This document shows positions 18,141-29,597 of a stretch of DNA of 64,000 nucleotides, one piece after another. Location: contig CAKOVS010000003.1 in assembly GCA_934122085.1 (NCBI GenBank), positions 81,734 to 145,733 on the forward strand. The letters run 5' to 3'. The notes beneath the pieces are model-generated. The model was not told the DNA's origin. It made no database searches and saw only the letters and a list, made by a program, of their open reading frames with translations. A program made the translations under genes and the position numbers. The stretch comes from an uncultured Clostridia bacterium. GTDB taxonomy: Bacteria; Bacillota; Clostridia; TANB77; CAG-508. Each line of letters begins with the position of its first letter. Within the stretch, counting starts at the first letter, position 1.

Positions 18141-20486
18141 TTATATTATTTCTAAATTTGCAAATTTTGCCATTAACCTTTTATGACCAAATTTATCAAA
18201 ATTAATATCAACTTTTAAATCATCACCTTCAGGTTCAACATAATTTATTGTTCCTTCTCCAAATTTTTTGTGATATACTTTTGTTCCTGCTTGATATTGT
18301 GATAAATCAACACCTTTACTTTGATTCTTTTTATTCAAATTATTTAAGAAACTTTCTGCTGTTCTAAATCCATATCCTGAGTTTTCATTTGTTTTTTCAT
18401 TATTATTTCTTGAACCAAATATATTTGATGCTGATGTTGCATATTGTGGTTCTTGAATTTTATATGATTTAATATTACCATTATTTCTACTTCCATAGCT
18501 CCAAGAATATCCACTATCTCCAAAACTAGATTTTTCATAAGTAATTCCACTTCCCATTGCTTCTTCATATCCATCTACCATTTCAGCTGGAATTTCTTTC
18601 AAAAATCTTGATGGTTGATTAAATGATGTTGATCCAAATGTTGTACGTTGTTTACTTCTTGTTAAAAATAATTTTTCTCTTGCTCTTGTTACTCCTACAT
18701 AACATAAACGTCTTTCTTCTTCAATATCTTTGTCTTCTCCAATTGATTTAAAACCTGGGAATACTCCTTCTTCCATTCCTACTAAAAATACTACCGGGAA
18801 TTCAAGTCCTTTTGCACTATGTAATGTCATTAATGTTACAGAATCTTCTGTTTCTTCTACATTGTCCAAATCACTTGATAATGTTATTCCTTCTAAGAAT
18901 TCACTTAATGTGTTTTCAGCTGATTCTTCTTCAAATTCTGTTGCTACATTTAAAAATTCTTCAAGGTTTGCAATTCTATTTTCTGCTTCTATTGTATTTT
19001 CTGTTTCAAGTGCTTTTGTATAACCTGTATCTTTTAATATTTTTTGTATTAATTCAGATATTTTTAGATTATCTTTTTGAACCATGAATTCTTCCATACA
19101 GTTTATAAATTCTCTTGAATTTGTATAAACTCTGTTTAATCCATAACTTTGTGCATTTTTTATTACTTCATACATAGATGTTCCAGCTTGCTCTGCTGTT
19201 TGTTCAACTGCTTCTAAACTTGTCTTCCCAATTCCTCTTTTGGGTTCATTTATTATTCTATTCAAACTTAAATTGTCTGATGGATTTTGTACTAATCTCA
19301 AATAAGAAATTATGTCTTTAATTTCCTTTCTTTCATAGAATTTTAATCCTCCAACAATTTTATATGGTAATGCTTCTCTTCGTAAAATTTCCTCTATTGC
19401 TCTTGATTGTGTATTCATTCTATATAATACTGCAAAATCTGAATATTTATAATTATTCTTTTTTCTTAATTCTTCTATTTTGTCTACAATATATTTTCCT
19501 TCATCATATTCATTATCTGAACAATATACTTCTGGTAATTCTCCTTCTCCATTTTCTGTCCATAATTTTTTTTCATATTTCACTTCATTGTTTTTTATAA
19601 TTGCATTTGCTATATTTAATATATTTCCTGTACATCTATAGTTTTGCTCTAATTTGATTATTTTAGTTCCAGGAAAGTCTTTTTCAAAATTTAATATATT
19701 AGCAATATCTGCACCTCTAAAACTATATATTCCTTGGTCATTGTCTCCTACGGCTGTAATGTTTCCATTCTTTGATGCCAATAACGTTACAAGTGTGAAT
19801 TGTGATTTGTTTGTATCTTGATACTCATCTACCAATATATATTTGAATTTATCTGAATAATATTGTAATACATCTACATTTTCTAATAAAATTTTAATTG
19901 TATAGTTTATTATATCATCAAAATCTATTGCATTATTTTCTTTTAATCTTTTTTGATACATTTCATATACTTCTGCAATTTTTTCTCTTCTATAATCTCC
20001 ATGTACTTTTGCACTATATGCATCTGGTTCTAACATATCATTTTTAGCATTACTTATTTCTGATAAACATGATCTGTCATTTAATATTTTTTCATCTATA
20101 TCTAATTCTTTTAAGCATCGTTTTACAAGTGTTTTTTGGTCTGATGAGTCAAATATTATGAATGATGAATCAAATCCGATTCTATCTATAAATTTTCTTA
20201 AAATTCGTACACATATTGAATGGAATGTTCCAACCCACATGTCTTTTGCTTTATCTCCAACTAGCAATTCTATTCTTTCTTTCATTTCATTTGCTGCTTT
20301 ATTTGTAAATGTTATTGCTAATATATTCCATGGTAATACATTTTTTTCTTGTAATAAATATGCTATTTTATGTGTTAATACTTTTGTTTTTCCGCTTCCT
20401 GCACCTGCTATTACAAGACATGGTCCTTCTGTATTTACTACTGCTTCATATTGTTTGTCATTTAATCCTTTTAATATATCTTCCAT
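18141..20486 (-). CDS. pcrA: ATP-dependent DNA helicase PcrA/UvrD
   Basis: GPCLVIAGAGSGKTKVLTHKIAYLL Walker A and UvrD-family motifs throughout. The start was set at the internal ATG preceded by AGGAAGG. Confidence 0.85.
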   Translation of the reverse strand: MEDILKGLNDKQYEAVVNTEGPCLVIAGAGSGKTKVLTHKIAYLLQEKNVLPWNILAITFTNKAANEMKERIELLVGDKAKDMWVGTFHSICVRILRKFIDRIGFDSSFIIFDSSDQKTLVKRCLKELDIDEKILNDRSCLSEISNAKNDMLEPDAYSAKVHGDYRREKIAEVYEMYQKRLKENNAIDFDDIINYTIKILLENVDVLQYYSDKFKYILVDEYQDTNKSQFTLVTLLASKNGNITAVGDNDQGIYSFRGADIANILNFEKDFPGTKIIKLEQNYRCTGNILNIANAIIKNNEVKYEKKLWTENGEGELPEVYCSDNEYDEGKYIVDKIEELRKKNNYKYSDFAVLYRMNTQSRAIEEILRREALPYKIVGGLKFYERKEIKDIISYLRLVQNPSDNLSLNRIINEPKRGIGKTSLEAVEQTAEQAGTSMYEVIKNAQSYGLNRVYTNSREFINCMEEFMVQKDNLKISELIQKILKDTGYTKALETENTIEAENRIANLEEFLNVATEFEEESAENTLSEFLEGITLSSDLDNVEETEDSVTLMTLHSAKGLEFPVVFLVGMEEGVFPGFKSIGEDKDIEEERRLCYVGVTRAREKLFLTRSKQRTTFGSTSFNQPSRFLKEIPAEMVDGYEEAMGSGITYEKSSFGDSGYSWSYGSRNNGNIKSYKIQEPQYATSASNIFGSRNNNEKTNENSGYGFRTAESFLNNLNKKNQSKGVDLSQYQAGTKVYHKKFGEGTINYVEPEGDDLKVDINFDKFGHKRLMAKFANLEII

Positions 20487-20614
20487 TATTTTTTCCTTCC
20501 TCATAAGCATAAAATTAAACGGATATTTTTTCGAATATCCGTTTGAATTATACTATATTTTTATTTTTTTTACAAGGCTTTTATTGCAATTATTTTTATT
20601 ACATATTAAGAAGA

Positions 20615-22484
20615 TTACCATGAACCTCCTCCGCCTCCACCAGAGCCTCCTCCAGATGAACCACCACCAGATGAACCTCCATCACTGCTTGTTGGACTAG
20701 AAGACATTGCTGTTGTTGCAACGGCCATTGTTGTAGTCATAAATGTACTAAAGTTATTCATATTAAAATCATCTCTTGAATCGTACCAATCTGGAGCTTT
20801 TAAAGCTATTGTTTCAAATTGTTTCATCCATATTTGTGACACACCTAAAGCATATGTATATGGTAATATATTATAAAAATATTCTGGATTTTGTTCTACT
20901 AAGCCCTCTAGTTGAGGTTTTTCAGCAGTTTCTAGAAATCTTTTAAATCCTTTTACTTTTCCAAATAATTCATTTCCGTACTTCGTTCTTTTTGGCATTA
21001 TTTTTATAAATATACATAAAATCATTATACATATTATTCCAATAAAATATGAAAATAAATATGTGTCATTATTTAATAGTGCTGGCAATACAATTGCAGT
21101 CCAAGGAATTCCTCCAAATCCTAGTCCCCATATTACTCCAAAGATTTTTATTGATATTGATGTATTTCCAAACAGCATTCCAAATAAAACAGAAAAACCT
21201 ATCAATGGAAATAATATTGCAAATATTAAATTTGTCAATTCAGTATATTCTAAAACTGGTTTTATTGTAATTATGCAAAACATAAAAATAGCCAAAACTA
21301 TAAGTATTTTTTCACATATAATTGATTTTGAATCAAACATTTGCTCTTTATTCTCTTTAGTATTCATATTGCTTTTTATTTTATCTACTGTTTTATAAAA
21401 CTTATCATACAACAATGATGATGTTACCGAATCTCTTCCATCTAAAAATAATCCATCCAAAAAAGCTCTTTCATTTTCATTATTTCCATCATAATCTTTA
21501 AGTTTATCAAATTTTAAACTTTTTATTTTTCTAAATACTCCTTGTTCTTCTATTTGCTCAATTTTTAAATATCCTTTATTTGCTAAATAAACAAGTAATG
21601 AAATAATTGATGTATTATTTGCACCTTCTTTATATATATATCCAATTTCAGCTGAATTAAATCCTTCTGGTGGATAAAATTCTACTGTTTCTACTACCTT
21701 ATCACCTTTTCCATATTTCATCCATAATAAAATAGCAATTAAAGACACACATATAGAAATTACTATTATTATAATTGAAAACATGTCCATCTTGAAACCA
21801 GCATTAATAAAATATCCTTCTGGCAAAGTAAGTCTAATTGTTACTCCTTCTCCTACATTTAATGATTTATTTGTAGAACCATTTATAGTATTTCCATCTA
21901 CATTAAAAGAAATATTAGAACTACTGGTTGAACCTTTCCTTTCACTTGAAAAACCTAATAATGTTTGGTCAAATGTTTTCGGCATTTTTATTGTAAATGA
22001 TAATTTTTTTATTGTTGTGTCCCATTCATTTCCAATTAAATTATAATATAGTTCATCCACATCTTTTAAAGAGTCTTTCCCTATATTATAAGTATACTTT
22101 ATTGTATATGAATGCTTCCCTGTTAATGTCTGTCCGCTACTTCCTATTTTTATAACTTTATATCCATTTTCTATATAAGTAGTATAACTTTCACTAACAC
22201 TAATATTAGTTATTTGAGCCTTATTGCTTGATTTTGTTCCATCTGTTCTTGTTATATTATTTGTTATTGGTATCTTTCTGAATATTCCGATGTCTAGCAC
22301 TATCAAAATATGTTGTTATTTCTTCTGTTATGTCAAATGTATTATCTTCATTTACAACCATATTAATATTATAATTATCAATTGTATATCCTCCACTTGA
22401 AGTTATTGCAAAAATTTTATTTGGAATTATACATAATAATAAAATTAAACACAAAATAATATATTTTAAATATTGTTTTTTCAT
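20615..22484 (-). pseudogene. DUF2207-family membrane protein with a C-terminal Gly/Ser-rich tail, interrupted by a frameshift near 22290-22300
   Basis: The signal peptide and N-terminal DUF2207 segment (ORF 22257-22484, ...YFDSARH) continue in another frame into ORF 20615-22306 (GIFRKIPI...). A single extra C in catcggaata explains the shift. C-terminus is SSDGGSSGGGSSGGGSGGGGGGSW. Confidence 0.6.
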
Positions 22485-22555
22485 TTTAAATTTTATTCCT
22501 TTCTATCTTCACTTAAAGACATACATCGTAATGAATGACTTTATTTTCTTTCAAA

Positions 22556-23104
22556 CTATAATTCTACATTTACATTATTTTTTTCTTCTGATTTGGCTTC
22601 AAACATATTAGCTTGTTTAAACCCAAAAATTTTTGCAATTATGTTACTTGGAAACATCTGTATTTGATTATTCAATATTCTAACTGTTCCATTATAATAC
22701 TTTCTACTATTTGCTATATCATCTTCAATTTTGGTCAATTCTTTACTTAATTGTGAAAAATTACTGCTCGCTTTCAATTCTGGATAATTTTCTGAAATAG
22801 CCATAATTTTTGAAATTTCTTGTGTTAATTGTTCATTCATATTAATTTTGTTATTTGTTGTCATTGCATCATAACTATTAGTTCTTAATTTTGTTATTTC
22901 ACTAAATATCTCTTTTTCATATTCAGCATATCCTTTTACACTCTCAACTAAATTTGGCACTAAATCCCATCTTTTCTTTAAATATACATCCATTGTTGAA
23001 AATGCTTCTTTTACTAAGTTGTTTGACTTTACTAAAGAATTATATTGAATAAAAACATATACTAATATTACAATAAGTATTAAAATTACAATTCCTATTT
23101 CCAT
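22556..23104 (-). CDS. lemA: LemA-family membrane protein
   Basis: N-terminal TM followed by the conserved LemA region (VKSNNLVKEAFSTMDVYLKKRWDLVPNLVE...RKYYNGTVRILNNQIQMFPSNIIA). Confidence 0.8.
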   Translation of the reverse strand: MEIGIVILILIVILVYVFIQYNSLVKSNNLVKEAFSTMDVYLKKRWDLVPNLVESVKGYAEYEKEIFSEITKLRTNSYDAMTTNNKINMNEQLTQEISKIMAISENYPELKASSNFSQLSKELTKIEDDIANSRKYYNGTVRILNNQIQMFPSNIIAKIFGFKQANMFEAKSEEKNNVNVEL

Positions 23105-23129
23105 CTTTTCACCTCAAATTAAATTTCTT

Positions 23130-24221
23130 TTACAATTGTTTTAATAAAAAATTCAAAAAATCTTGCATACATAAATCTTCTTTTGAATTATACCAACTAG
23201 GTATTTTTAAGTCCATTTCTTTAAAATATTTCATCCATATTTCATACTCATCTAAAACATATATATATGATAATATATCATAAAAATATTTAGAATCTTG
23301 CATAATTAATCTTTTTAGCTGGGATTTTTCAGTTATCTTAAAAAATCTTCTAAATCCTTTTATTTTTACAAGTAATTCATTTCCATATTGTGTTCTTTTG
23401 TGCATTTTTACCATAAATATTATTAAAATTATTATACATATTATTTCTATAATATATAATAATAAATTATTTTTATTAGCCAATAATGCTGGCCATATTA
23501 TATCAATTAGTGTTGGTATAATACATATGTTTCCAAAAATTGCCAAAACTATTTTCGTTGTCTTTGGTCCATTTCCCCAAATTGATATAAATAAAAAAAC
23601 AAATCCTATAATTGTAATTATCATTTGAAACAGTGTTAATATCCATCCAAATATAATTCCATAAAATTCAATAATTGGCTTTATCGTAATTAAAGCATAC
23701 ATCAATAAAATCATAGCTGTGAGGTTTTTTATAACCTTTTTTGGTCTTGGAAGAAAAAATTTTTCTTTATTCTCCTTATTACCACTTATAATCTTTTTTA
23801 CTTTTTCTGTTGCTTTCTCAAAATTATCTTTCAATTGAAGTCCTGATACTGAATTGTCACTATTAAAAAATAATTCTTCAAGAAATATTTTTTCAATTTC
23901 ATTACTTCCTTCATATTCTTTAATTTTTGTAATTCTAAAGCCTTTATTTTTCTTAAAAATTCCTTGATCTGTAGTTTGTTCAATCTTCAAATATCCTTTA
24001 TTTGCTAAATAAATAATTAATGAAACAATATCTTTTTTTTCTACATATCCTTTATATATATATCCAGCTTCTAATGAATTACATTCCTTAGGAGGGTAAA
24101 ATTCTTCAATTACTTCCATGTCATTATCTTCTTTTCCATATTTCAACCATAAATAAAATGTAATAAAAACAAACATTATTGAAATCGCCATTATCACGAT
24201 TGAATAAATATCTATCTTCAT
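23130..24221 (-). CDS. Truncated DUF2207 paralog: membrane/cytoplasmic part only, with no N-terminal extracellular domain and no Gly-rich tail
   Basis: Aligns with the C-terminal two-thirds of the 20615-22484 protein (LWLKYGKEDN..EEFYPP..GYIYKG....LIIYLANKGYLKIEQ). Confidence 0.55.
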   Translation of the reverse strand: MKIDIYSIVIMAISIMFVFITFYLWLKYGKEDNDMEVIEEFYPPKECNSLEAGYIYKGYVEKKDIVSLIIYLANKGYLKIEQTTDQGIFKKNKGFRITKIKEYEGSNEIEKIFLEELFFNSDNSVSGLQLKDNFEKATEKVKKIISGNKENKEKFFLPRPKKVIKNLTAMILLMYALITIKPIIEFYGIIFGWILTLFQMIITIIGFVFLFISIWGNGPKTTKIVLAIFGNICIIPTLIDIIWPALLANKNNLLLYIIEIICIIILIIFMVKMHKRTQYGNELLVKIKGFRRFFKITEKSQLKRLIMQDSKYFYDILSYIYVLDEYEIWMKYFKEMDLKIPSWYNSKEDLCMQDFLNFLLKQL

Positions 24222-24332
24222 TTTTATAATCCTCCCCCATTTCTTAATAATTTTATTGTATCATATCTCAAATTTTTTTACTAGATATTCATAAAAAAAA
24301 ACACTTCAAATGAAGTGTTTTTCTATAGAATA

Positions 24333-26123
24333 TTAAATATCATCATCTTTAATTACATGATATTCTTTAAGAAGTTTTTCAATATCAGTACCTTTAATTT
24401 GCTTTAAAACTTCTTTTAATGCAATTTTTTCTTTTAATCCCAAATTCATTTCTGTAATAGCTTTTCCGTCTCTTAATTTAACTGTTGCATTTAATAAATC
24501 TCTTATATCATAAGTGCTTCCCCATACTTCTGGTACACCACGATCAACATTTAATAATGTGTAAACAGCAACCATTGCTGTACGTATTGAATATTCTGTT
24601 GTAAATATTGTATCTCTTTCTGTTTCTGCAAATTGACCTAAAAATGCAAAATTTACTGCTTGATTTGGAACTACTTTTGGTCTATCTGTTCCATTTCTTG
24701 GCATAAAGAATGCATCAATATATGGCATCATTACAGGTATTGTATTAGCACTATTTTCAGCTAATTCTTCTATTTGATTTTCTGGTACTCCTAAATGATA
24801 TAACCATTCCATACAAATTTCTTTGCCTGTACAATCCATCATTGGTTTCTTTACATAGTTTCCTGGAACATTACTAAATAAACCATAAATCCATCCAACA
24901 AGTTGTCCCTTTGGTTGGCTTCTAAATTGTGGTTGACGATTAAATGTCCAACTTAATAACCAATTTGAATCTTTTACTGTTACAATTCCTCCTGTAACAA
25001 CTTTTCCACTAAATGGATCTCTCTTACATATTTTTTGAACATATGGTGGAATTCTATCATCTAATGTTGTTACTGTTGCACTCATCCAATTTGTCAATTC
25101 TGGATCATAACAGAATTTGTCTGGATTTCCAAATGAAGAATCTTGTTCAGCAATTTTACGCCATAAATCCCATCCTCCACCTGGTTTTATTTCTGTATTC
25201 ATTACGGCTGGTGTATTTTGACTTCCCATACTTGAGTTTTCAACACATCCACCATTTGTTATAAATACTAAATCATTTTCTGTTAAATCAATACTTGATT
25301 CTTCTCCATCTTTTGTTATTATAATACTTTTTGCTACTTTTTTATAATCTGATATTTCAAATTTTACATTTTCAACTTTTGTGCCATAATGGAATTGAAC
25401 ATCATATTTTTTTAGATATTCTATCATTGGTAAAATCATTGATTCATATTGATTATATTTTGTAAATCTTAATGCTGTAAAATCTGGAAGTCCTCCAATA
25501 TGATGTATAAATCTTTTTATATATAATTTCATTTCTAATGCACTGTGCCAATTTTCAAATGCAAACATTGTTCTCCAATATAGCCAGAAATTTGAGTTTA
25601 ATACTTCATCTGAAAAATAGTCTGTTATTTTTTTGTCATATAAATCTTCATCTGGTGTAAAGAATAATTTCATTATTTCCATTGCACCTTTATCAGATAT
25701 ATCAAATTTTCTATCTGTATGTGCATCTTCTCCTCTATTCATTGTTGCTCTCATTAATGAATAATTTGGATCTTCTTTATTTAACCAATAATATTCATCA
25801 AGAACACTTACTCCTTCTGTTTCTATTGATGGAATTGAATGAAATAAATCCCACATACATTCAAAATGGTTATCCATTTCCCTTCCACCACGCATTACAT
25901 ATCCTAATCCATCATATAAATATCCATCACAAGCTCCTCCTGGTATTTGATCTTTCTCTAAAATATGGATATTTTTTCCTTTCATTTGTCCATCTCTAAC
26001 TAGAAAACAAGCTGCAGATAATGCTGCTAACCCTGATCCTACAATATATGCTGATTTTTTGTCTACATCTACTGGCTTTTTTGGTCTAGCAAATGCTTCA
26101 TAATTTCCACTACTATAATACAT
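24333..26123 (-). CDS. ohyA: Oleate hydratase (MCRA / 67-kDa myosin-cross-reactive antigen family, FAD-dependent)
   Basis: N-terminus MYYSSGNYEAFARPKKP and the FAD-binding YIVGSGLAALSAA motif. Length 596 aa. Confidence 0.8.
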   Translation of the reverse strand: MYYSSGNYEAFARPKKPVDVDKKSAYIVGSGLAALSAACFLVRDGQMKGKNIHILEKDQIPGGACDGYLYDGLGYVMRGGREMDNHFECMWDLFHSIPSIETEGVSVLDEYYWLNKEDPNYSLMRATMNRGEDAHTDRKFDISDKGAMEIMKLFFTPDEDLYDKKITDYFSDEVLNSNFWLYWRTMFAFENWHSALEMKLYIKRFIHHIGGLPDFTALRFTKYNQYESMILPMIEYLKKYDVQFHYGTKVENVKFEISDYKKVAKSIIITKDGEESSIDLTENDLVFITNGGCVENSSMGSQNTPAVMNTEIKPGGGWDLWRKIAEQDSSFGNPDKFCYDPELTNWMSATVTTLDDRIPPYVQKICKRDPFSGKVVTGGIVTVKDSNWLLSWTFNRQPQFRSQPKGQLVGWIYGLFSNVPGNYVKKPMMDCTGKEICMEWLYHLGVPENQIEELAENSANTIPVMMPYIDAFFMPRNGTDRPKVVPNQAVNFAFLGQFAETERDTIFTTEYSIRTAMVAVYTLLNVDRGVPEVWGSTYDIRDLLNATVKLRDGKAITEMNLGLKEKIALKEVLKQIKGTDIEKLLKEYHVIKDDDI

Positions 26124-26256
26124 AGTTTATCAACCTCCTTATTTTTACTATGTGCTTTTATCTTATAGATAATACATAAAGTTTTCAATAAACAAAAAAA
26201 TGGATATGTATAATTTTTTTACATAATCCATTTTTTGTATAATTTAGTTTACATTT

Positions 26257-26811
26257 TTAATTAGACATTTTTCTTACCGCTTCTTCAAAATTTCCAGATA
26301 TTAAAATATCTAATTTTTTTATTATATTTTCAGGGCTTTCTTTCATTTCTGTAACTATCCAGTTTTCTATTACCCCTGCAAATCCGTATTTATAAAAATT
26401 TGCTATAAATATTTTATTTTCTTTAGTAATATTATAATTTTTTGATACATCATTTATGATATCTATAAAAATAGTATTATATTGCTTAAATAAAAAATCC
26501 AATAATGTTTTTCTACTTAGAGAATTATATGTCTTTATAATGAATTTTTTATTTTCTAGCATATAATCTAATACATATTTAAAATTTTCTTGCCAATTTT
26601 TTATTGTTGTTTCTTTTTCTATTTTTTTTACAACTTCATTTGCAAATATCCATTCTAGTAAATCATAGATATCTTTAAAATGATAATAAAATGTTTGTCT
26701 ATTAATTCCACAGTCTTTTGTTATATCACTTATTGTTATTTTATCTAAATCTTTTATTAACAACATCCTCTTTAATGATTGTGCCATTGCTATTTTTGTT
26801 ATATTTGACAT
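26257..26811 (-). CDS. TetR/AcrR-family transcriptional regulator
   Basis: N-terminal HTH ITISDITKDCGINRQTFYYHFKDIYDLLEW. Confidence 0.7.
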   Translation of the reverse strand: MSNITKIAMAQSLKRMLLIKDLDKITISDITKDCGINRQTFYYHFKDIYDLLEWIFANEVVKKIEKETTIKNWQENFKYVLDYMLENKKFIIKTYNSLSRKTLLDFLFKQYNTIFIDIINDVSKNYNITKENKIFIANFYKYGFAGVIENWIVTEMKESPENIIKKLDILISGNFEEAVRKMSN

Positions 26812-26844
26812 TTTATCATCTCTCTTTCATTAGTACATCCCGTT

Positions 26845-28617
26845 TTATCTAAATCCGCCTCCTGAAGATCCTCCTTCTGAGCCTCCTCCAAAAGGATTAC
26901 TTGATCCTCCTACTCCATCAGGATTAGGTCCAAAGCCATCATTATCATGTTTTCTCTCCATTCTTTCAGCTTCTCTTATTCCTTCAAAACAACAATCAAC
27001 AAGGTTATCAATATAACTCGTAGTATTACTCATATCTAATATTGTATATGATTTAAAATTTGGATATAATTTGCTAAATTGTTCTTGTACTTTATCTGCA
27101 ACTCCAAGTAATTGAGCAAATATTAAATATTCTTCCCATATTTGAACTTCTATATATTCTTTTTCAGATATAAGACTATAATCTAAAAGAAATCTCCTTA
27201 ATCCTTTCAATTTTAATGCATCTTCTTTTAATTTTGGACTTACATTTCTAACTGCTATTCCATCTGAATATCCTTTAGTAATTAATCCTTGTTCTAATAA
27301 TTTTCTTTCAGTATAATTTAATATATTATCAAACCAATTTTTCATATTTTCATAATTATATTTACACCAATTTTTTAATTCATTAGGTTCTAAAATTTCA
27401 TTTTTTCCTGCTGCACTTTTTAAAATAGCTATTAATGAATTTTCAACTTCATTTTCCACATAGTCTATTTTACTAAGGTCTATTGAATAATTGTTATCCT
27501 TAAATTCTATTTTCTTATTTTGATTTTTGTTTATTGCAATTTTCCCTTCTTTAAACCACTTTAAAAATATTGCTCCAATAATTCCTCTATTTAATACACT
27601 ATCTGCTGAAACATAATATTGATAACATACCCAATACGCAACATCTAAGTCTTTATTACATGGAATTTCACGATAATATTCAATTTTATCATCTGATGGT
27701 AGCCTTCTATCCTCTTGTAATATGTTTAATGGTTCTTCTATTGATGCCATTCTTTTTACAATTATCTTTCCTTTATTTTTTTGAGACTTAATTATTGCAA
27801 TAGTTATAATTATTATAATTATTACAATTGGATTTGAAATAATATACATTCCAATTATAATAAGATTCATAATAACTTCATCAACACTTCCTGCATTACC
27901 TTTTTCAGCTGATTTTTTTACATCTTCAAAACTCAAATCCGATTTATTATTAGTCGAAAATATATTATTTTCAAATTTTATCAATCCAACCATATATTGT
28001 GATTTTGATAATTTTCCTTTAGAATCTAAAACAATGTCACCATTTTCAAAATTAATTGTTCCTTTATATCCATAAGACCATATTCTAGAATTATTAACAG
28101 ACAATTCATTTGAATTATAATGTATTTTTATTATTACATTATTTACATCTTGATCTAAATTTAAAAAGTTAAAATATATTCCTTGACAATCATCATACTG
28201 TGTAACTAACTTATTTATTTTATATGTTAAAGTATATGTTTTATTTCCATATTGAGATATTCCCCAACATAATTCAACTCCATTACTCTTTTCTTTTATT
28301 CCACATTTATATGCTTTATAATCAAAACTTTCATTCGTATTCCAATCAGATATTGTTTGATATTTTCTTCCACTTTCATCAGTAACTGAAAAATCTAAAA
28401 TTTTTGAATCTTGCAATTTAAAAGATGTTCTATATCCTTCCGTACCTTGTGTCAAATTTGCTTGCCATGTTTCTATTACAGTAGCATCTCCATTTTTATC
28501 TAAGTCAATATCCATCTCAATCTTTTCTATAGAATTCGCTTGTACTTTATTAATAAAAACATAAAACATTAATATAATAGCACACATTACAATTCTTTTT
28601 ATCATTTTATTTTTCAT
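26845..28617 (-). CDS. DUF2207-family membrane protein (third paralog) with a signal peptide and a C-terminal Gly/Ser-rich tail
   Basis: Signal peptide, extracellular domain, TM segment IIIGMYIISNPIVIIIIIITIAII, and C-terminus GGGSEGGSSGGGFR. Confidence 0.55.
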   Translation of the reverse strand: MKNKMIKRIVMCAIILMFYVFINKVQANSIEKIEMDIDLDKNGDATVIETWQANLTQGTEGYRTSFKLQDSKILDFSVTDESGRKYQTISDWNTNESFDYKAYKCGIKEKSNGVELCWGISQYGNKTYTLTYKINKLVTQYDDCQGIYFNFLNLDQDVNNVIIKIHYNSNELSVNNSRIWSYGYKGTINFENGDIVLDSKGKLSKSQYMVGLIKFENNIFSTNNKSDLSFEDVKKSAEKGNAGSVDEVIMNLIIIGMYIISNPIVIIIIIITIAIIKSQKNKGKIIVKRMASIEEPLNILQEDRRLPSDDKIEYYREIPCNKDLDVAYWVCYQYYVSADSVLNRGIIGAIFLKWFKEGKIAINKNQNKKIEFKDNNYSIDLSKIDYVENEVENSLIAILKSAAGKNEILEPNELKNWCKYNYENMKNWFDNILNYTERKLLEQGLITKGYSDGIAVRNVSPKLKEDALKLKGLRRFLLDYSLISEKEYIEVQIWEEYLIFAQLLGVADKVQEQFSKLYPNFKSYTILDMSNTTSYIDNLVDCCFEGIREAERMERKHDNDGFGPNPDGVGGSSNPFGGGSEGGSSGGGFR

Positions 28618-28619
28618 TT

Positions 28620-29525
28620 TTATTCCCCTTTTATAAATTCTAATACATCTTCATAAATTTGTTCATATTCTTTTTCATTTAATATTTCATGTCTTAAATC
28701 AGGATATAATTTGCTTTTTATATTTTTATATCCTAATTTATTCAAAAATTGTTCTAAATTTTTAAATTTTTGTTCACATTGAATTACTGGATCATTTTTA
28801 CCTGCTATTAAAAATATATCTAATTTTTTATTTTTTACTTCATATTTTTGTGGTTCAAATGCTCTTTTTAATAATTTATATAAATTTATAAATCCATTTG
28901 TTGTGAAAATAAATCCACATAATTCATCATCATTATAAATACTTATATTTTCAGGATTTTTAGATAGCCATTCATTTTCTGTATTATATCCTTTATTATA
29001 ACTAGCAAATGTTAATTGATTTAAAATTTTATTTGTCTTTTTTCCCATTCCTATAAGTTTAAATACATATGCCATAAATATTGCAAATGGTGTAAATGGA
29101 TTTTTGGTAGGAGTACCACATAAAATAATTTTTTCTATTTCATTATCATATTTTTGCATATATCCTCTTGCAACTAATGTTCCCATACTGTGGCTAAATA
29201 AATATAATTTTTGATTTGAATATTTTTCCTTTATATATTTCGTTACATCATGTAAATCATCTATTATGAAATTTGTATCCTCTGTATAAAAATATCCCAA
29301 ATCTTTTTTGTCTTTCACACTATTTCCATGTCCTCTATGATCATTTATTACACAAACATATCCATTGTTTGAAAGATATTCCATAAAATTAAAATATCTT
29401 TCTTTGTGTTCTGCCATCCCATGTGAAAATTGCACAATTCCTTTTATCTCCTCTTTTGGAATTGTATATGCTAATTCAATCTTTAGTCCATCACTACTAG
29501 AATTTATAAAGTCATATTTTATCAT
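28620..29525 (-). CDS. Alpha/beta hydrolase (lysophospholipase / monoacylglycerol lipase-like)
   Basis: HGMAEHKERY ... DHRGHGNS ... nucleophile elbow FSHSMGT. Confidence 0.7.
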   Translation of the reverse strand: MIKYDFINSSSDGLKIELAYTIPKEEIKGIVQFSHGMAEHKERYFNFMEYLSNNGYVCVINDHRGHGNSVKDKKDLGYFYTEDTNFIIDDLHDVTKYIKEKYSNQKLYLFSHSMGTLVARGYMQKYDNEIEKIILCGTPTKNPFTPFAIFMAYVFKLIGMGKKTNKILNQLTFASYNKGYNTENEWLSKNPENISIYNDDELCGFIFTTNGFINLYKLLKRAFEPQKYEVKNKKLDIFLIAGKNDPVIQCEQKFKNLEQFLNKLGYKNIKSKLYPDLRHEILNEKEYEQIYEDVLEFIKGE

Positions 29526-29597
29526 TTATTTCCTCACTTTTTATTTTTTCTTTAGTATATACTAATTGACATTTCTTATCAAGCTTTATAAAAAATT

